Positions 60,239-64,000 of a stretch of DNA of 64,000 bases are shown piece after piece (position 1 is the stretch's first letter; the number at the start of each line of letters is the position of its first letter). The notes beneath the pieces were generated by a model. The model was not told the origin of the DNA, did no database searches, and was given only the letters and a program-made list of their open reading frames with translations. Made by a program: the position numbers and the translations under genes. The stretch covers positions 80,677-144,676 of the forward strand of contig JAZLBQ010000026.1 in assembly GCA_045613785.1 (NCBI GenBank), in the 5' to 3' direction. This DNA is from Candidatus Enterousia sp. (GTDB lineage: Bacteria; Pseudomonadota; Alphaproteobacteria; Rs-D84).

Positions 60239-61033
60239 ATGAAGACAAGGCTTACAATAATTGCAATCTTGCTTGCGTTCCCGGCAACAGCAGGGGCAAA
60301 TTTTTCCAATGGAATAAAAGTTGGCGTTGGTGTTTCAGCAACAAGTGGTCTAAATCTTATCCTTGGGTATCATAATCCAGAACGATCACAAACCTGGCTG
60401 CGTAAATTTGGTGTGCGAATCGATGCAGCAAATACCGATTCGTTAAAATCGGCAATCGATTCGGTAATTGATTCGTATATGCGTGATGGTCGTGATGTTG
60501 GCGATGGTGTTCGAATCGATGAGGGTAAACTTGATGCATGGCACACAGGCGTTTTGCTTGATTATTATCCGTTTCAGAATTGGTTTCGCTTAACGGGTGG
60601 TTATATGTGGGGTGCAATGGATCTGAAATCGTCTATTTATGGCACGGTCCAAGATGCCCCCAGCCAACGATTCTATTTTTACCTAGCAGGTGACCATTAT
60701 TATTATAACGGCAACAATTTTGGTGGCTTTGCAGAAATAAATTGGAATTATCATGGTCCATATCTGGGAACAGGCTTTGATTTGGGTATATTTTGTGGTT
60801 TTTCATTATATATGGATATAGGTGTAGTTTTTGCCTCAAATCCAGCCAAGTTGAGCCTAGATGTCCCCCAACAGCAGTTATATATATATAATAAAGACCA
60901 AAATGCCTGGTTGCCGGTCACGATCCCCCAGCTAGACGCAGATGTTGAGCGTGCACAACATGATGCGAATCGTAAATTGAACGATTTTCCTGTATATCCG
61001 ATGGTAAAATTAGGGTTTGCATACCGATTCTGA
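60239..61033 (+). CDS. Outer membrane beta-barrel protein
   Basis: Signal peptide, LDYYPF...FRLTGG, PYLGTGF and C-terminal VKLGFAYRF. Confidence 0.8.
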   Translation: MKTRLTIIAILLAFPATAGANFSNGIKVGVGVSATSGLNLILGYHNPERSQTWLRKFGVRIDAANTDSLKSAIDSVIDSYMRDGRDVGDGVRIDEGKLDAWHTGVLLDYYPFQNWFRLTGGYMWGAMDLKSSIYGTVQDAPSQRFYFYLAGDHYYYNGNNFGGFAEINWNYHGPYLGTGFDLGIFCGFSLYMDIGVVFASNPAKLSLDVPQQQLYIYNKDQNAWLPVTIPQLDADVERAQHDANRKLNDFPVYPMVKLGFAYRF

Positions 61034-61224
61034 TGCTAAAAACACGATTCGAACCCATTTCCGAATCATAAAATTTAGTATTTTTTAGGGTCGCCGAATC
61101 ATTTTTTAGCTAAAAAAAGGAAAAAGTTAAAAAAAAATAAAAAAAAATTATAATAAAAAACGGCGGATTTCTGGGAAAATTTCCTAATTACGAAATTTTT
61201 TTAAAAATATTTTTGAAATACCGC

Positions 61225-61253
61225 TTGACTTTTTCGAAGTTTGAGCACATACT
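61225..61253 (+). promoter_or_regulatory. Putative sigma70 promoter of the rRNA operon
   Basis: TTGACT-N17-CATACT with A/T tracts upstream (UP-element-like). Confidence 0.6.
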
Positions 61254-61595
61254 ATGCAGGCTTTCAAGTTGAGACAACAAAACAAAAAAGAAACTCAACC
61301 CCTGAAATTCTGCGGTTTACGGAACAAACAGTAAGAAACAGGTTCTTGTAAAACACGCAAACATTGTGAATAAAAGCAGCTCATCAAAAATTCAAGAAGG
61401 GATGTGCAGACAGTTGAATTTGGAATATCCAAACTTTGACTAAGTCAAAAGTGCATATCCTAGACAGGTAGTAGGTTTACATATTAAACCTCGTTAAAAA
61501 CTTGTCTTGCGAATAATTATATGTAAAGACGAACTGATTATTAAATAGTCAGCTTTTGTTTATATGCACAGGGACTTACTTAACAGGTTTTTTAG

Positions 61596-63098
<1,503 letters not shown>

Positions 63099-63178
63099 AT
63101 AGAGAATACCGATAACACGATATCGGTCAAATCCAAAGCGACTGTCTGAATATCTCTTTTTGAATGTGTCAAATCGCT

Positions 63179-63255
63179 GGGTCAGTAGTTCAGTTGGTTA
63201 GAATGCCGCTCTGATACAGCGGAGGTCGAAGATTCGAGTTCTTCCTGACCCACCA
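63179..63255 (+). tRNA. tRNA-Ile(GAT), atypical body
   Basis: GGGTCAG/CTGACCC acceptor stem, CCGCT-CT-GAT-AC-AGCGG anticodon arm and ACCA end; located in the ITS. Confidence 0.9.
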
Positions 63256-63549
63256 CTTGTTTTGATGAGGTTGGAATCAGCAGTGTAAAACACTTCTGAT
63301 TCCAGATATTTCGAAATATCCTCGGAATCTGCTTTTATGCAATGATATTGTTAATCGGTTTTTATGTCGTAAGTTAAAATTTCATAGAAATATGACTTTT
63401 TGATTTATTGAACATCGTAATCTCAAATTCTTTCTGAAAGAGTAATCACGAAAGTGATAATTCAATTTAGAAATGCAAGAATCAACTAATGCTTAAAAAA
63501 CTCATTAAGTGTTATTTTTAATGCTGAAGACATTCTCTTCAAGCATAAG

Positions 63550-64000
63550 ATAAAAAGTAACAAAGGGTGTTTAGTGGATGCCTTGGCAATCAGAGGCGAC
63601 GAAGGACGTGAAAGACTGCGATAAGCCCGGGTGAGGCGTCAATATCCTTTGACCCCGGGATTTCCGAATGGGGAAACCCAATCCGCATGGATTATCTTTG
63701 ACTGAATACATAGGTCAAAGAAGCAAACCCAGAGAAGTGAAACATCTCAGTACCTGCAGGAAAAGAAAGCAACAGCGATTCCCTTAGTAGTGGCGAGCGA
63801 AACGGGACCAGCCCAGTAGCCGAGATTTTAGTTAGCAAAATGTGATGGAAAGCACAGCAATAATAGGTGATAGCCCTGTATGCGAAAACTAGTTTCTTGG
63901 TTCAAGAGTAGAGCCGGACACGTGAAATCCGGTTTGAATATAGGAGGACCTTCTCCTAAGGCTAAATACTCCTGATTGACCGATAGTGAACAAGTACCGT
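63550..64000 (+). rRNA. rrl: 23S rRNA, 5' part (continues past the window end)
   Basis: GTGGATGCCTTGG, CCGAATGGGGAAACCC, GAAACATCTCAGTACC and GACCGATAGTGAACAAGTACCGT. Confidence 0.97.

Overview
This is a chromosomal segment of a small-genome, AT-rich, diderm alphaproteobacterium. The evidence is an alpha-type SspB, a DUF4167-like protein, RpoH, Lpt/Bam/Skp envelope genes and the 16S. An uncultured host- or gut-associated lineage such as Rs-D84 is plausible but unverified. The window is mostly housekeeping genes in broken-up operons (fabD, queH, metG, accBC, rnpA, mreB, der, gpsA, rsmG-parA-parB, xseB-mutS-truB-rpsO, recF, rpoH, lptF-lptD-surA-rlmN, dnaX). It also has four tRNAs and the start of an rRNA operon (16S, tRNA-Ile, 23S). 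I saw no integrase, transposase, relaxase or CRISPR array. Two things stand out. (1) A plasmid-style (R64 thin-pilus-like) type IVb pilus appears domesticated and dispersed among core genes. It comprises a pilO-P-Q-R-like block, a pilin translationally coupled to dnaX, and three tandem full-length PilV-like tip pilins without a shufflon, one lacking Glu5. A ZitP-like protein, an orphan VirD4 and large Cys-rich secreted proteins lie nearby. (2) The partition locus may have rewired specificity. ParB has substituted DNA-recognition residues, two variant parS-like palindromes precede parA, and a 16-bp RCCGGY-N4-RCCGGY element occurs 9 times between 4.4 and 17.6 kb but only once in the other 46 kb. 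All assignments are by eye from motifs; no searches were run.
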